NCBI GenBank assembly: GCA_030647115.1
Contig: JAUSJZ010000040.1
Location: 1-56,874, forward strand
Source of the DNA: a bacterium
GTDB lineage: Bacteria > Patescibacteriota > UBA1384 > CAILIB01 > JAUSJZ01
Direction: 5' to 3'
Length of the DNA: 56,874 nucleotides
Below, in pieces: positions 37,293-46,899 of this stretch. The number at the start of each line of letters is the position of its first letter. Within the stretch, counting starts at the first letter, position 1. The position numbers and the translations under genes were made by a program. The notes beneath the pieces were generated by a model. The model ran no database searches. It was not told the DNA's origin and saw only the letters and a list, made by a program, of their open reading frames with translations.

Positions 37293-38314
37293 TTGGTCTG
37301 TTGCCAACCCTGTCGACTTTCAATCTCGACCCCCCTTACTTTGGCCAAAATCACTTCGGAGCCATAAACCCATAGCGTGACCCAACATAGTAGTGGATGG
37401 ACAAACCAGGCTACATCACGTTTTTTGGCAAATCCAATAAAAGACTGCAAAATAACCGGAATAATCAAAACACTGTAGATAATAAAGATGTACAGGCCCC
37501 GGTTGCTGACGTTTGATTGGTAGGTACGCATACCCACCTTCGAATAATAGAGAAAGTCTTTAATGCGGCGGCGCTGCTTGCGGGCAAAGGTACGAACGGT
37601 AGCCGAGAACTTATGCACGATACCGATTTTCACTTTGGTAAACTTGATCGGTTTCTTCTCGGCCAATTCAGAGATGTTATCGTTATCAAATAGGTACTCA
37701 CCGACTTTGGCTTTATCAAAAATAGAGGCCCGTAAGAGTGAGCCGTTGGAGCCTAAAGTCGGCACCTTACCCTTCGAGAGGGTCAGCTCCAGCCACTTCG
37801 GTTTATCAACGTAAGGTATCGGCAGTTTGGTCCAGGTATTCGAGAGCAGACACATACGGTCGTAGTTGCCGGTGAAGAAAACGGCCGGGTCCACCAACCC
37901 CATCATGGCCGTATAGCGACTGATGAGCGGATCTTGATGACGGTAGGTATACCAGAGCGGTTCGGAACCGACCACTTCTTTATCGGCTAGCATCGGCTCT
38001 AGAATGCGTTTCAACCAGTCTGGTTCTTCAATAAAGTTGTCGGAGTCTATAAAGAGGAAGTATTCACCCTTGGCCTCCTTGACGGCTACCGCTTTGCCGG
38101 CTTCAGAAGTCAGCAACGGGTTTTTAAAGACCCGGGCGTCAAAAGATTTAGCTACTTTGACCGTGTCGTCGGTCGAGTTGGCATCGGCGATGACTATTTC
38201 TAATTTTGACTGATCGTAGTCTTGGGCCCGAACGTAACCGAGACACTCTTTCAAAATTGAGGCGCAGTTGAGGGTCGGCATAATAACACTAACCACCGGC
38301 CAAATTTCTTTCAT
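37289..38314 (-). CDS. Glycosyltransferase family 2
   Basis: VSVIMPTLN, IADANSTDDT, AKGEYFLFIDSDN; C-terminal TM helices. Confidence 0.92.
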   Translation of the reverse strand: MKEIWPVVSVIMPTLNCASILKECLGYVRAQDYDQSKLEIVIADANSTDDTVKVAKSFDARVFKNPLLTSEAGKAVAVKEAKGEYFLFIDSDNFIEEPDWLKRILEPMLADKEVVGSEPLWYTYRHQDPLISRYTAMMGLVDPAVFFTGNYDRMCLLSNTWTKLPIPYVDKPKWLELTLSKGKVPTLGSNGSLLRASIFDKAKVGEYLFDNDNISELAEKKPIKFTKVKIGIVHKFSATVRTFARKQRRRIKDFLYYSKVGMRTYQSNVSNRGLYIFIIYSVLIIPVILQSFIGFAKKRDVAWFVHPLLCWVTLWVYGSEVILAKVRGVEIESRQGWQQTK

Positions 38315-38425
38315 AAATATAATCTTACTTCTACACCCGACTTTACCAGATATCGTCGGGGTTGGCGAGCTTTACCCAAACGTTAAAATGTGACATTATT
38401 TTAGTGTCTAGTAGTCACTAATTGT

Positions 38426-39145
38426 ATGCCCGACTCTTATCTCGAAGAACACATCGCCGCCCTGCCCGAAAACGAATGGCGCACCTGGAGCTTGAATTCG
38501 CTCGTTTTAACAATGCTACCGCCTCGAGGTAAGATTTTGGATTACGGCTGCGGTTCGGGCCAACTTTTGAAACGACTGGCCAAATTTACCAACCACCCGC
38601 TCGAGTTGAACGGGTTTGAAATTAGCCAACCGCTCATTAAACAGGCCATACTCAATGCCCCCGACACCATGAATATCACCAATCAGCCCAGCCTGTTAAC
38701 CACCAACTATTTCGATAACATCTATTTGCTCGACGTCATCGAGCACATTGAAGACGATCAAGCCGTTCTGGCCAGCCTTTACGGTACCTTAAAACCGGGC
38801 GGTAGAATATTGATCGCCGTACCGGCCCACCAATCGCTCTTCCACGATTTTGACCGTGAGTTGGGTCACTGGCGCCGTTACGATTGGGCCGAATTGCAAG
38901 AGAAGGTCATTGCAGCCGGTTTTGAAATTGAACAACAACGGTGGTGGAACCGTTTGGGCGAGGCCGTCGTGCGCTATCAGATTAACCATCAAAAGGAGCG
39001 TCCGAAGACCCTGCGAGCCGGCAGCCGAACGGTGGCCCAAAAAATTATCAATCAAGCTCTGTTGGCCTGGTTTTGGCTCTTCGAGAACCGGTTTGCTCCG
39101 GCCAACGGCCTAACTCTAATTGTCGTCGCATGCAAGCCAAACTAA
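38426..39145 (+). CDS. Class I SAM-dependent methyltransferase
   Basis: ILDYGCGSG, LDVIEHIEDD, LKPGGRILIAVPA..FHDFDRELGHWRRY. Confidence 0.9.
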   Translation: MPDSYLEEHIAALPENEWRTWSLNSLVLTMLPPRGKILDYGCGSGQLLKRLAKFTNHPLELNGFEISQPLIKQAILNAPDTMNITNQPSLLTTNYFDNIYLLDVIEHIEDDQAVLASLYGTLKPGGRILIAVPAHQSLFHDFDRELGHWRRYDWAELQEKVIAAGFEIEQQRWWNRLGEAVVRYQINHQKERPKTLRAGSRTVAQKIINQALLAWFWLFENRFAPANGLTLIVVACKPN

Positions 39146-40278
39146 ACTTGTTACAGAAGGCGGTCATCCGTTTTGGTTTAGTAGGCGTCTTGGCTACCTT
39201 AATCGATTTCTCAACCTATTTTCTGTTGTCATACTGGCAGCTGGCCAGCCCGACCGTTGCCAATATGGTGGCCTTTCTCTTCTCCCTTATCTGCACCTTC
39301 CCCATCCACCAGCGGTGGACGTTCGCCGCCGAATCACACTCCTTGCGCAAACAGCTGATCAAATATTTCGTCGCCGCTGTCGGAGGAGTCATCATTTCAA
39401 CCACTTTCATTTATATCACTACTGCTTGGTATCTATGGAACGCGGTATTAGCCAAGGTAGCGGCTGTGGGTCTCACTTTCATTTGGAATTTTAACATCAA
39501 CAAAAGATGGACCTTCAAGACTAAACCAATCGTCCAATTGTCGTTTAATGAAGATCTCGATTTAGCCATTGTCGTACCGGCCTACAACGAAGCGCAGCGC
39601 ATCACGGCCACTATCGAGGCCTTTATTGCCTACCTCAACCGGCATCCGTGGCAATATGAGATAGTTATCGTCAACGACGGCAGCAAAGATGATACCGGCC
39701 GCGTCATTGCCGAACTGGCGCGTAAGCACCCGACTGTCCGTTCGCTGACACTGGCCAAAAATAGTGGTAAAGGTAAGGCGACCCAAACGGGTATGTTGGC
39801 GGCGTCGGCCCGGCTGATTCTACTCGCCGACGCCGATCACTCCACCCCCATCACCGAGCTCGACAAGTTGATGCCTCTTTTAGACCGCGACGGTTTTGAC
39901 ATCGCCATCGGCTCGCGCTACGAGGAGCCCGACCAGATGACTACCCCGCCACCACTGTTGCGCCGCATCGTTAGCCGCTTGGGTAACCTATTTATCCAAG
40001 GTATTTTGCTGCCCGGCATTAAAGATACCCAGTGCGGCTTTAAACTGTTTCGTAACCGGCCGGCCAAAGAGATCTTTTCGCGGCTGAAGATTAGACGGTT
40101 CGGGTTTGACGTTGAGGTGTTGGTGATTGCCCGCCACCACCGTTATCAAGTAGCCGTGGTGCCGGTTCAATGGGCTCACGCCGAAGGCAGCACCGTGCGC
40201 CAATTTTCCAACACCTTTAACTTTTTCAAAGAAGTTATGCTCATCACCCTTAATCTCATCACCGGTCGTTACTCGTAA
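39130..40278 (+). CDS. GtrA-like flippase domain fused to a polyprenyl-phosphate glycosyltransferase (GT2, Alg5/Dol-P-Glc synthase-like)
   Basis: N-terminal IRFGLVGVLATLIDF..WTF..KYF..WNFNINKRWTF (GtrA); then IVVPAYNE, VNDGSKDDT, NSGKG, LADAD, DTQCGFKLF, FGFDVE. Confidence 0.9.
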   Translation: MQAKLNLLQKAVIRFGLVGVLATLIDFSTYFLLSYWQLASPTVANMVAFLFSLICTFPIHQRWTFAAESHSLRKQLIKYFVAAVGGVIISTTFIYITTAWYLWNAVLAKVAAVGLTFIWNFNINKRWTFKTKPIVQLSFNEDLDLAIVVPAYNEAQRITATIEAFIAYLNRHPWQYEIVIVNDGSKDDTGRVIAELARKHPTVRSLTLAKNSGKGKATQTGMLAASARLILLADADHSTPITELDKLMPLLDRDGFDIAIGSRYEEPDQMTTPPPLLRRIVSRLGNLFIQGILLPGIKDTQCGFKLFRNRPAKEIFSRLKIRRFGFDVEVLVIARHHRYQVAVVPVQWAHAEGSTVRQFSNTFNFFKEVMLITLNLITGRYS

Positions 40279-42369
40279 TTATCGTCGCTCCAATATTTGG
40301 CCACCGGTTTGACTGACACCAGCCACCGGCTGGTAACCGTAACTAAGCATATTTTCGACGGTGGCCCCGTAGCGATTATTAGGCGCCAGCCACAACCAAC
40401 GTGGTTGGTACTTCTCTAGATACGCACCCAAAGTGACCGCATCGGTCACCGCCAGCAGGTCGGGTTTTAAAACCTTGTAAATCTGTTCGGTGTCTTTGAC
40501 CGCAAAGTTCAAAATCGGTTTCGGGCCCATGGCCGCGTTCACCCGACAGTGGGCGTAAAAAGGATACATAATCTCGCGCACCTGATTGTAGAGATCGACC
40601 GGGCTGTTCGGATCTTCGGTGTTAGGCGGTAGGACAAAGAAGCAGCTGTCGAAGCGGGCCCGTAACCGGCGAATCTGGGCCACACTGTTAATTTCGGCCT
40701 GCGGTAACGAACGATCAACCGGCACATCGGCCAGTACTCCCAAACCGGTCGGCAGTGAAATTAAGGTCAAGACAATCAACCAGACTTTCGGGTAGGACCA
40801 ACGTGAAATGACAAACGCCGTCAAAATTGAGAGCGGAATAAAGGCCGTAAAGAGAAACTGCCACTGATTACCCAACGTAAACCACAGCAGCAATGTCGCT
40901 AAAATGGCGCTGACCGAGACCGAGAATAAGAGCAAGACCAGCGAGCGCTGGGCGGCGGTGAGCGACCTGGCAAACAGGGGTGCCAAGAGACCGATTACCT
41001 TAAACGAAATGGCTACCAGCATAAACCCGAGCGAGATATACCAAAAATAATGCACCAGACTGGGCGGCAAATTATAGTCACGCCAAAACCGCAGTTGAGC
41101 GATGATACCAGGTGAGGCCTGCTCAATATATTGGTGGATGGCCGGGACATTATCTAAGGCTCCCACCGGGTGTGATAACGGGCTAAACATCACGTTTATC
41201 TCCTTCGGAATAAACAGTTGGGCGCGGTTGTGCCAGATAAGCGGTAGCCCGGTGCTTAAAACACCCACCAGTAGCCACCAGACGGCCCCCAAAGTTTTAG
41301 TGACGGTTCGTTGACGGCCAATTAAACTGACCATAATTTCTAAGATCAGATAGATAATAACCCCACCGACGAAGGCCATAAAGGCCTGGGCCTTCATCAG
41401 AATCAAGATTCCGGCCGCCGCTCCCGCCAAGACATAGGTCAGCTGCTTGGCCCTAATTTTAGGCTGCATGAGCGCCTGCCAGAATAAAACCAGGGCTAGC
41501 AGTAAAAACAGGGCAGCGAACTGGTGCGAATTACCGTTAATGTAGGCGTGTTTATGATCGGTAAAGACGGTCATCCACCACCGCGTCGGCTCGTAACGGT
41601 AGGCTACCGGAAAGAGATAACCCAACGTATCCCACCAGAAAAAGATCACCACGGCCATGAGCGAGACAAACCGGTTTTGAGTTAAACAGCGGGTTAAGAC
41701 GTAAATAGCAAGGCCGACGGCGAGGCCGATAGCGGTCGGCAATAACATAAAATTTATCAGCAGCGGGTTGAGGCCGAGACTATGATAAGCCGTCTGGAGT
41801 ACGGTTCCAAAATAATGGTACTGCAACCAAATATTCTGCCAGTAAGGGTGAATGGGCGGCACCTGTTCAAAGATAGTCGTGGCGTGACCGGTCATCATCA
41901 ACCGCTCTCCACCCAACCACATCGACATAATGACCCCGTCATTTTTGTCTACCAGACCAGTGGCCAGAGTCGGTAGTGTCCAGTCCAGGGGCATCAAGAG
42001 AAAAAAGACGAGCAGCCATAAGTGTGAGCGGCGCCAATTTTTGATATCTTCTCTAAGAGCCGTCACGGCTCCACCCCAATAGGCCAACCCGGCTACTAGC
42101 ACTGCTCCGACCAGAAAACCGACCTCACCCCAACCAAGCGCCACCGCCAAGTAACGCCAAAGAAATAGATATAGATTACCGACCATAAACGATAGGGCAA
42201 CATTAAACAGACCAAGCTTAATATGCAGTTTTTGTAACACAAAGCGACCGGGCAGTATTACTAAGACAGTTGTCACCAACCCGAACCAGACCCCGTTTGT
42301 TGCCACCAACCAAACATTCGCCAGGCTCAAATTGGTCACTCTGGCCAGATGCTGTTGCAGTAAAGTCAT
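40279..42369 (-). CDS. Polytopic membrane protein, probable GT-C-fold glycosyltransferase (distinct from the four paralogs)
   Basis: 696 aa, about 14 TM helices; PPIHPYW..LQYHYF external loop, GILILMKAQ, short C-terminal soluble domain. Confidence 0.6.
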   Translation of the reverse strand: MTLLQQHLARVTNLSLANVWLVATNGVWFGLVTTVLVILPGRFVLQKLHIKLGLFNVALSFMVGNLYLFLWRYLAVALGWGEVGFLVGAVLVAGLAYWGGAVTALREDIKNWRRSHLWLLVFFLLMPLDWTLPTLATGLVDKNDGVIMSMWLGGERLMMTGHATTIFEQVPPIHPYWQNIWLQYHYFGTVLQTAYHSLGLNPLLINFMLLPTAIGLAVGLAIYVLTRCLTQNRFVSLMAVVIFFWWDTLGYLFPVAYRYEPTRWWMTVFTDHKHAYINGNSHQFAALFLLLALVLFWQALMQPKIRAKQLTYVLAGAAAGILILMKAQAFMAFVGGVIIYLILEIMVSLIGRQRTVTKTLGAVWWLLVGVLSTGLPLIWHNRAQLFIPKEINVMFSPLSHPVGALDNVPAIHQYIEQASPGIIAQLRFWRDYNLPPSLVHYFWYISLGFMLVAISFKVIGLLAPLFARSLTAAQRSLVLLLFSVSVSAILATLLLWFTLGNQWQFLFTAFIPLSILTAFVISRWSYPKVWLIVLTLISLPTGLGVLADVPVDRSLPQAEINSVAQIRRLRARFDSCFFVLPPNTEDPNSPVDLYNQVREIMYPFYAHCRVNAAMGPKPILNFAVKDTEQIYKVLKPDLLAVTDAVTLGAYLEKYQPRWLWLAPNNRYGATVENMLSYGYQPVAGVSQTGGQILERR

Positions 42370-42469
42370 ACTGTAATTTTAGCAGCAACCCGTCTTTTAC
42401 AAACTACGTTGGTCTGATTGATCTGATTGTCTTTCTTTGAAATTTTATTGGTAGAAAAACATTCTTCCT

Positions 42470-45193
42470 TTAAGAGTGGTTTTCGTCAGCTTTGGCATAT
42501 TTTAAATGACTGACAACAGACAAATAAACTAGAATTAGGAGTGATGACAGGGTTACTATTAACCCAACATGATAAAATTTTTCTGTTCTGTAAGACCATC
42601 TTATGGTGTTGTCGGTTGCATCATTAATTGTTGCTAAACCATAGTAATTCCCGGCGATGAGTTTACCTGTAGATGGTATCCAATCTCTGTCGTATTGCAT
42701 CTGCATATTAACAATCCCTTTTGATAATCCACTCATTATTACTTCAGTGTTTGAGCTGTCATTGAATTCTTTAATAAATGAAGATTGAATGTTGCTACTC
42801 TGTTTCTGGAGTTGATTGACATAACGTTCGACTTCTACTTTTGTTGTTAAGAATGCATCAGAAGGTACTAGCAGAACTTTTTCTATCGTTAGAGAACCCT
42901 TATCTGTCTCTTCTATTTTAAAACTGCTGTCGGTAGTTGTTATATTAATAGGCCCTACTATATGCCAGTTATTGATAACTGGTGAGTCTTTTTTATTAGA
43001 GTCTAATTCAATAAGAGTCTGTTCATTCATGGCTACTTTACCCTTACCCCATCTATTAAATGCTTGCACATATTTTACAAAAACGTAGTAGCTTTGATTG
43101 TCTTTTATTTTATCTTCAAGCGAATAGCTGATCGTATCGGGCACATTTGTCACTATAACCGAACCAGTCTGAGTCAGTATTCCTGATTCGCTAGTTAGGC
43201 TTTTAATACTACCTAGTGCAGACCACCCAATTTCCTCAGGCAAAATCTTTCTTTTTAATATTGGCTTAATTTCATATTGGTCACTAAATACCCTACCTAA
43301 TAAATCGTCTATTGTATAATTATTTTGAATAATCAGATTGCAGGTAATACATTTTTTTAAAATATCTAGCGGATCATTCTCCTGCTGATTAAGCATTACC
43401 ACCGGTTTATTTTGATATGTCTTATAGAAATTTAAATCACCTACCAACAGTATTCCGTTTTCATTGGAGACGGCTTTGAACAATTTAAGGTTTTTATAAA
43501 TTTCATATCCAACTGGTGCACTGTCAATTTTAATAAAATCTTTATCATCTCTTATGGCGTCGTTTATTTTTTTTACTATGTCCTTGTCGAGAACAGAACT
43601 ATCCACTATAAACAACTCTGCACCGGTGTTTTTCAACATATTTAACCCTTCGACCTGATTCGTATTTAGAACACCCATTGCGTATCGTAAATATTGACTG
43701 ATGAGTCCAAAAGTACTATTTATGGTGACATTTTCACCATTCAGTCTAAGCATTGAATCATATGGTGTTTTATAGATACTGCCAGTTTTTATTTGTGGAG
43801 ACCAATCGTAACCGGTAGCAATATCTTGATTTTGCGGTAAATAAATAACTCTGGTTCGACTGGAATAGTTCTCTTTTAACCAATCATTTAACTTAAAATA
43901 CTTAGTTGGTACGTCTATCGCTTTGATTCTCTCATTGGCATTTCCTCGCAAAATAACCGGACATGCCCAAATAAATAATAAGATCATACTTAATGCAAAA
44001 ATAAATTTCTTTGGTTTCTGCTTACAAAGAATCTCCAATATTGCCGCTAGGCCTATGGCATAGGCTAACACGACAAATATTTCATACCTGGTTACCGATC
44101 TATTGAAGTTCATTAAAGGCAGGTGTTGAAAAAAATAATAATTAATTTTGGCAAATGGTACACCAGTACCAACTGCAAATACGCCAGCTGCTAACGCCGT
44201 TATTATTAAGATTTTTTTATACCTTATTTTTCCCCAAAAAAGACCAAACCAAGCAAGTATAATTACTAAAACAAGTGGAACAATTGTTATTTCTCCAGCA
44301 GACATTGAGGGACTCCCCGTTATTATATCCTTCCACTTATTTGTCATTGGATAGCTAGTATTAATAGATTCTGTTGCTTCATTACCAATGTTGTGATTCA
44401 ACTTTAAGGGGAAGAGAACATAGGCCATCAATAGCAATAACCACATAATTGTTAATGCAGTTATTTTAAACAGTTTTTTTAGTACAATTGTGTTTCCTTG
44501 TTTTTTAAATTTAATAATCGTAACAATAAAATAAATAATTGTCCCATAACTGACGATAACCAAAGTTCCAATACCGGCAGTAAAAAGTAATGAATATAAT
44601 AATATTAGTTGATAGTGATAATACTTGATTGTTAATTTATTACCATCTGATAATGCTTTAGTAAAATAATACAATGTAGATATTAACAACAATATTAATC
44701 CTTGTTCTAAACTGTAAACAATGCCCACAAACATATAGGAAACAGCTTTATAGGGTACCAATACAAAATAACTGGCCGCAACGAAAGATAATAAATACAG
44801 ATTTTTTCTAAAACCAAATACTGGTAATAACCTCAAAATAGCTAAATACTGGACAATGATAGTGCCTACATAAAATATTCCAAAACCATACCGACCAAAT
44901 ACTTGCTGTAATAGAGCTATAAAACCAAAAAATGGTAAAAATAATGGAAAACTGTAAGTAAATATATCTGGTAGACCAGGGTTGATATAAATAGAATGGG
45001 TTGAATATCCGAGTGAGGCATTAGTGGCCCACGCATGTCGCCATACTTTCAACCAAGAACCAATATCGTATGATGATTTTATTTCGCCGCCAATGACGAC
45101 ATCTCCTCTGAAAAGTTCGCTGACAATAATATAACCAACGATTGCTGCTGCAATCACATATAGAACTAATGACCAGCTAGGTGTCTTTCTCAT
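42470..45193 (-). CDS. Large polytopic GT-C-like protein (AftD/YfhO-like), paralog 4, markedly AT-rich
   Basis: VGTGVPF..YYFFQHLPLMNFNRSVTRY, RVIYLP, YDRDW..GNYYG, C-terminal TM; same architecture as paralogs 1-3. Confidence 0.72.
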   Translation of the reverse strand: MRKTPSWSLVLYVIAAAIVGYIIVSELFRGDVVIGGEIKSSYDIGSWLKVWRHAWATNASLGYSTHSIYINPGLPDIFTYSFPLFLPFFGFIALLQQVFGRYGFGIFYVGTIIVQYLAILRLLPVFGFRKNLYLLSFVAASYFVLVPYKAVSYMFVGIVYSLEQGLILLLISTLYYFTKALSDGNKLTIKYYHYQLILLYSLLFTAGIGTLVIVSYGTIIYFIVTIIKFKKQGNTIVLKKLFKITALTIMWLLLLMAYVLFPLKLNHNIGNEATESINTSYPMTNKWKDIITGSPSMSAGEITIVPLVLVIILAWFGLFWGKIRYKKILIITALAAGVFAVGTGVPFAKINYYFFQHLPLMNFNRSVTRYEIFVVLAYAIGLAAILEILCKQKPKKFIFALSMILLFIWACPVILRGNANERIKAIDVPTKYFKLNDWLKENYSSRTRVIYLPQNQDIATGYDWSPQIKTGSIYKTPYDSMLRLNGENVTINSTFGLISQYLRYAMGVLNTNQVEGLNMLKNTGAELFIVDSSVLDKDIVKKINDAIRDDKDFIKIDSAPVGYEIYKNLKLFKAVSNENGILLVGDLNFYKTYQNKPVVMLNQQENDPLDILKKCITCNLIIQNNYTIDDLLGRVFSDQYEIKPILKRKILPEEIGWSALGSIKSLTSESGILTQTGSVIVTNVPDTISYSLEDKIKDNQSYYVFVKYVQAFNRWGKGKVAMNEQTLIELDSNKKDSPVINNWHIVGPINITTTDSSFKIEETDKGSLTIEKVLLVPSDAFLTTKVEVERYVNQLQKQSSNIQSSFIKEFNDSSNTEVIMSGLSKGIVNMQMQYDRDWIPSTGKLIAGNYYGLATINDATDNTIRWSYRTEKFYHVGLIVTLSSLLILVYLSVVSHLKYAKADENHS

Positions 45194-46304
45194 TGGTTGA
45201 GTTCACTACATTGTTGATTGCCCGGTCTAAGGCAGCCTCTGTCTTATCCCAGGTTCTGGTCTGACTGACTTCCCAGGCCTGCTGACGTAATCGAGCGTAT
45301 TTGGTCGGGTTTTGCCACAACTCCACCACCGACTCGGCCAGCGCCGCCGGATTATTACTTTTACTCAACAACCCCGTTTGATTGTGTAGATTACTGTCTC
45401 TAACCCCGGCGATATTATAGGTAACTCCGACCGTGCCTAGGGCATTGGCCTCCGGTACCGTCAGACCCCAACCTTCTTTGATGGAGGTAATCAAGACCAG
45501 ATGGGCTCGCTGCATCAACTCCTTTTTCTGGTCGGTCGAGACAAACCCCCAGAATTTAACCTGTTTCAAAATGCCTAACCGCTCTGCCAGTCGTTGTAAG
45601 TACTGTTCATACATCTTCACACCACTTCCTAAAATCCATAATTTTGCTTCTGGTACTTCTTTAACCACCTGCTGCAAGGTCTGTAGGGCATGGTCGGGTC
45701 GCTTGAGGGGCACTAATCGGGCGGCGAAGATAAGAGTCAGCTCTTTCTCTTTGGTGGCAAGGGCTGGCAGTTTGGCGAGCGGTTTGGTGTCACAGGCCAG
45801 TGGTAGGGTGACTATTAGTGCCCGATAACCAAATTGCCGCAAATCGGCCGTCGTTGAGGAAGAGATGGAGACCGCCGGTACATCGCGATATTGTCGAATA
45901 AAACTTGGCTCTAACCACTGATAGAGATAACCGAACGGCCACGGTAGCATAAATTTGGCAATCGGGCCGGCCACTTCGTTGGCGTAGAACAAGACCGGAC
46001 ACTTAGCCCAACGGGGAGCAAAAAATGGCAGACCGTGAGTTTGGTCTATTATGAGGTCAATTTCGGTCGAATGTTGGCGGTACCATCGTTTGGCAGAGCC
46101 TTGCACCGTTAACGGACCCCCGGCCCGAATTACCTTGATGCCATCTAGGGTCTCTTCGGCTTTGGCACCGGTGTAGGTCATGGCAAACCAGGTAACGCTA
46201 TCACCCAACTTAATTCGGTGTTTCAACAACTCACCGACAATATACTCGGCGCCGCCGCTTTTGGGGTTTTTGGGATCGCGCCAATTTAGAAGTAGGATCT
46301 GCAC
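45177..46304 (-). CDS. Glycosyltransferase family 4
   Basis: LLLNWRDPKNPKSGGAE, ARLVPLKRPD, SIKEGWGLTVPEANALGT. Confidence 0.93.
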   Translation of the reverse strand: MQILLLNWRDPKNPKSGGAEYIVGELLKHRIKLGDSVTWFAMTYTGAKAEETLDGIKVIRAGGPLTVQGSAKRWYRQHSTEIDLIIDQTHGLPFFAPRWAKCPVLFYANEVAGPIAKFMLPWPFGYLYQWLEPSFIRQYRDVPAVSISSSTTADLRQFGYRALIVTLPLACDTKPLAKLPALATKEKELTLIFAARLVPLKRPDHALQTLQQVVKEVPEAKLWILGSGVKMYEQYLQRLAERLGILKQVKFWGFVSTDQKKELMQRAHLVLITSIKEGWGLTVPEANALGTVGVTYNIAGVRDSNLHNQTGLLSKSNNPAALAESVVELWQNPTKYARLRQQAWEVSQTRTWDKTEAALDRAINNVVNSTNEKDT

Positions 46305-46308
46305 ATTG

Positions 46309-46890
46309 TTATCGTAACAAATTAACCGCCTCTTTCATTGAGGCTACGTTTTTGGCGAATGAACAGACTTCATTCGCTGAAAATTCGTAATTAACTATTA
46401 TTAAATTATTGATACCAGCTGCTTGTCCGGCTGCTACGTCCTTTACCCGATCACCAATCACCCAGGAATTTGAGAGGTCAAGGTTGTGTTTTTGGGCTAG
46501 CTGAAGCACTAAACCGGGCGCCGGCTTACGACAACCGCAAGCTGGGTGATAGTAGTTGTGATTGACAACTCTGGCCCGATTATCACTATGCAGACAAGTC
46601 GCAACATCGGTGATGATTACCCCGAACTGTTTCAGCTGCCGGGTCATTAAATCGTTCGTTGCCACAACAATGCCCTCATGAGCAATTTTACCGTAAGCCA
46701 CACCCGGTTGATTGGTCACCACAAAGAGTGCGTAGCGTGGGTCTAATTGCTGTAATGCTTCAACTACACCATCGATAAAAACAAAATCAGCCGGTACCCG
46801 CGGGCTGTCAAAGGCCGCATCAGCGTAAGCGGGCATCGTATTGATAGTACCGTCACGATCGAGAAAGATTGCCGACTGTTTAACGGTCAT
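46309..46890 (-). CDS. gmhB: HAD-IIIA phosphatase, D,D-heptose 1,7-bisphosphate phosphatase-like
   Basis: AIFLDRDGTIN, VVTNQPGV, CLH..CGCRKPAPG, SWVIGDRVKDVAAG; adjacent to the heptose kinase-like and isomerase genes. Confidence 0.85.
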   Translation of the reverse strand: MTVKQSAIFLDRDGTINTMPAYADAAFDSPRVPADFVFIDGVVEALQQLDPRYALFVVTNQPGVAYGKIAHEGIVVATNDLMTRQLKQFGVIITDVATCLHSDNRARVVNHNYYHPACGCRKPAPGLVLQLAQKHNLDLSNSWVIGDRVKDVAAGQAAGINNLIIVNYEFSANEVCSFAKNVASMKEAVNLLR

Positions 46891-46899
46891 TGTCACGAA

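Noticed and set aside
38335-38362. CCCGAC-N13-GTCGGG inverted repeat between divergent GT2 and methyltransferase genes
   Set aside because: The 6-bp arms are too short to support a call from one instance; it would need a genome-wide repeat search.
42413-42430. Short tandem TCTGATTG repeat downstream of the AT-rich GT-C gene
   Set aside because: Only two copies, with no matching copy seen at the other end of the cassette, so it cannot be called a target-site duplication.
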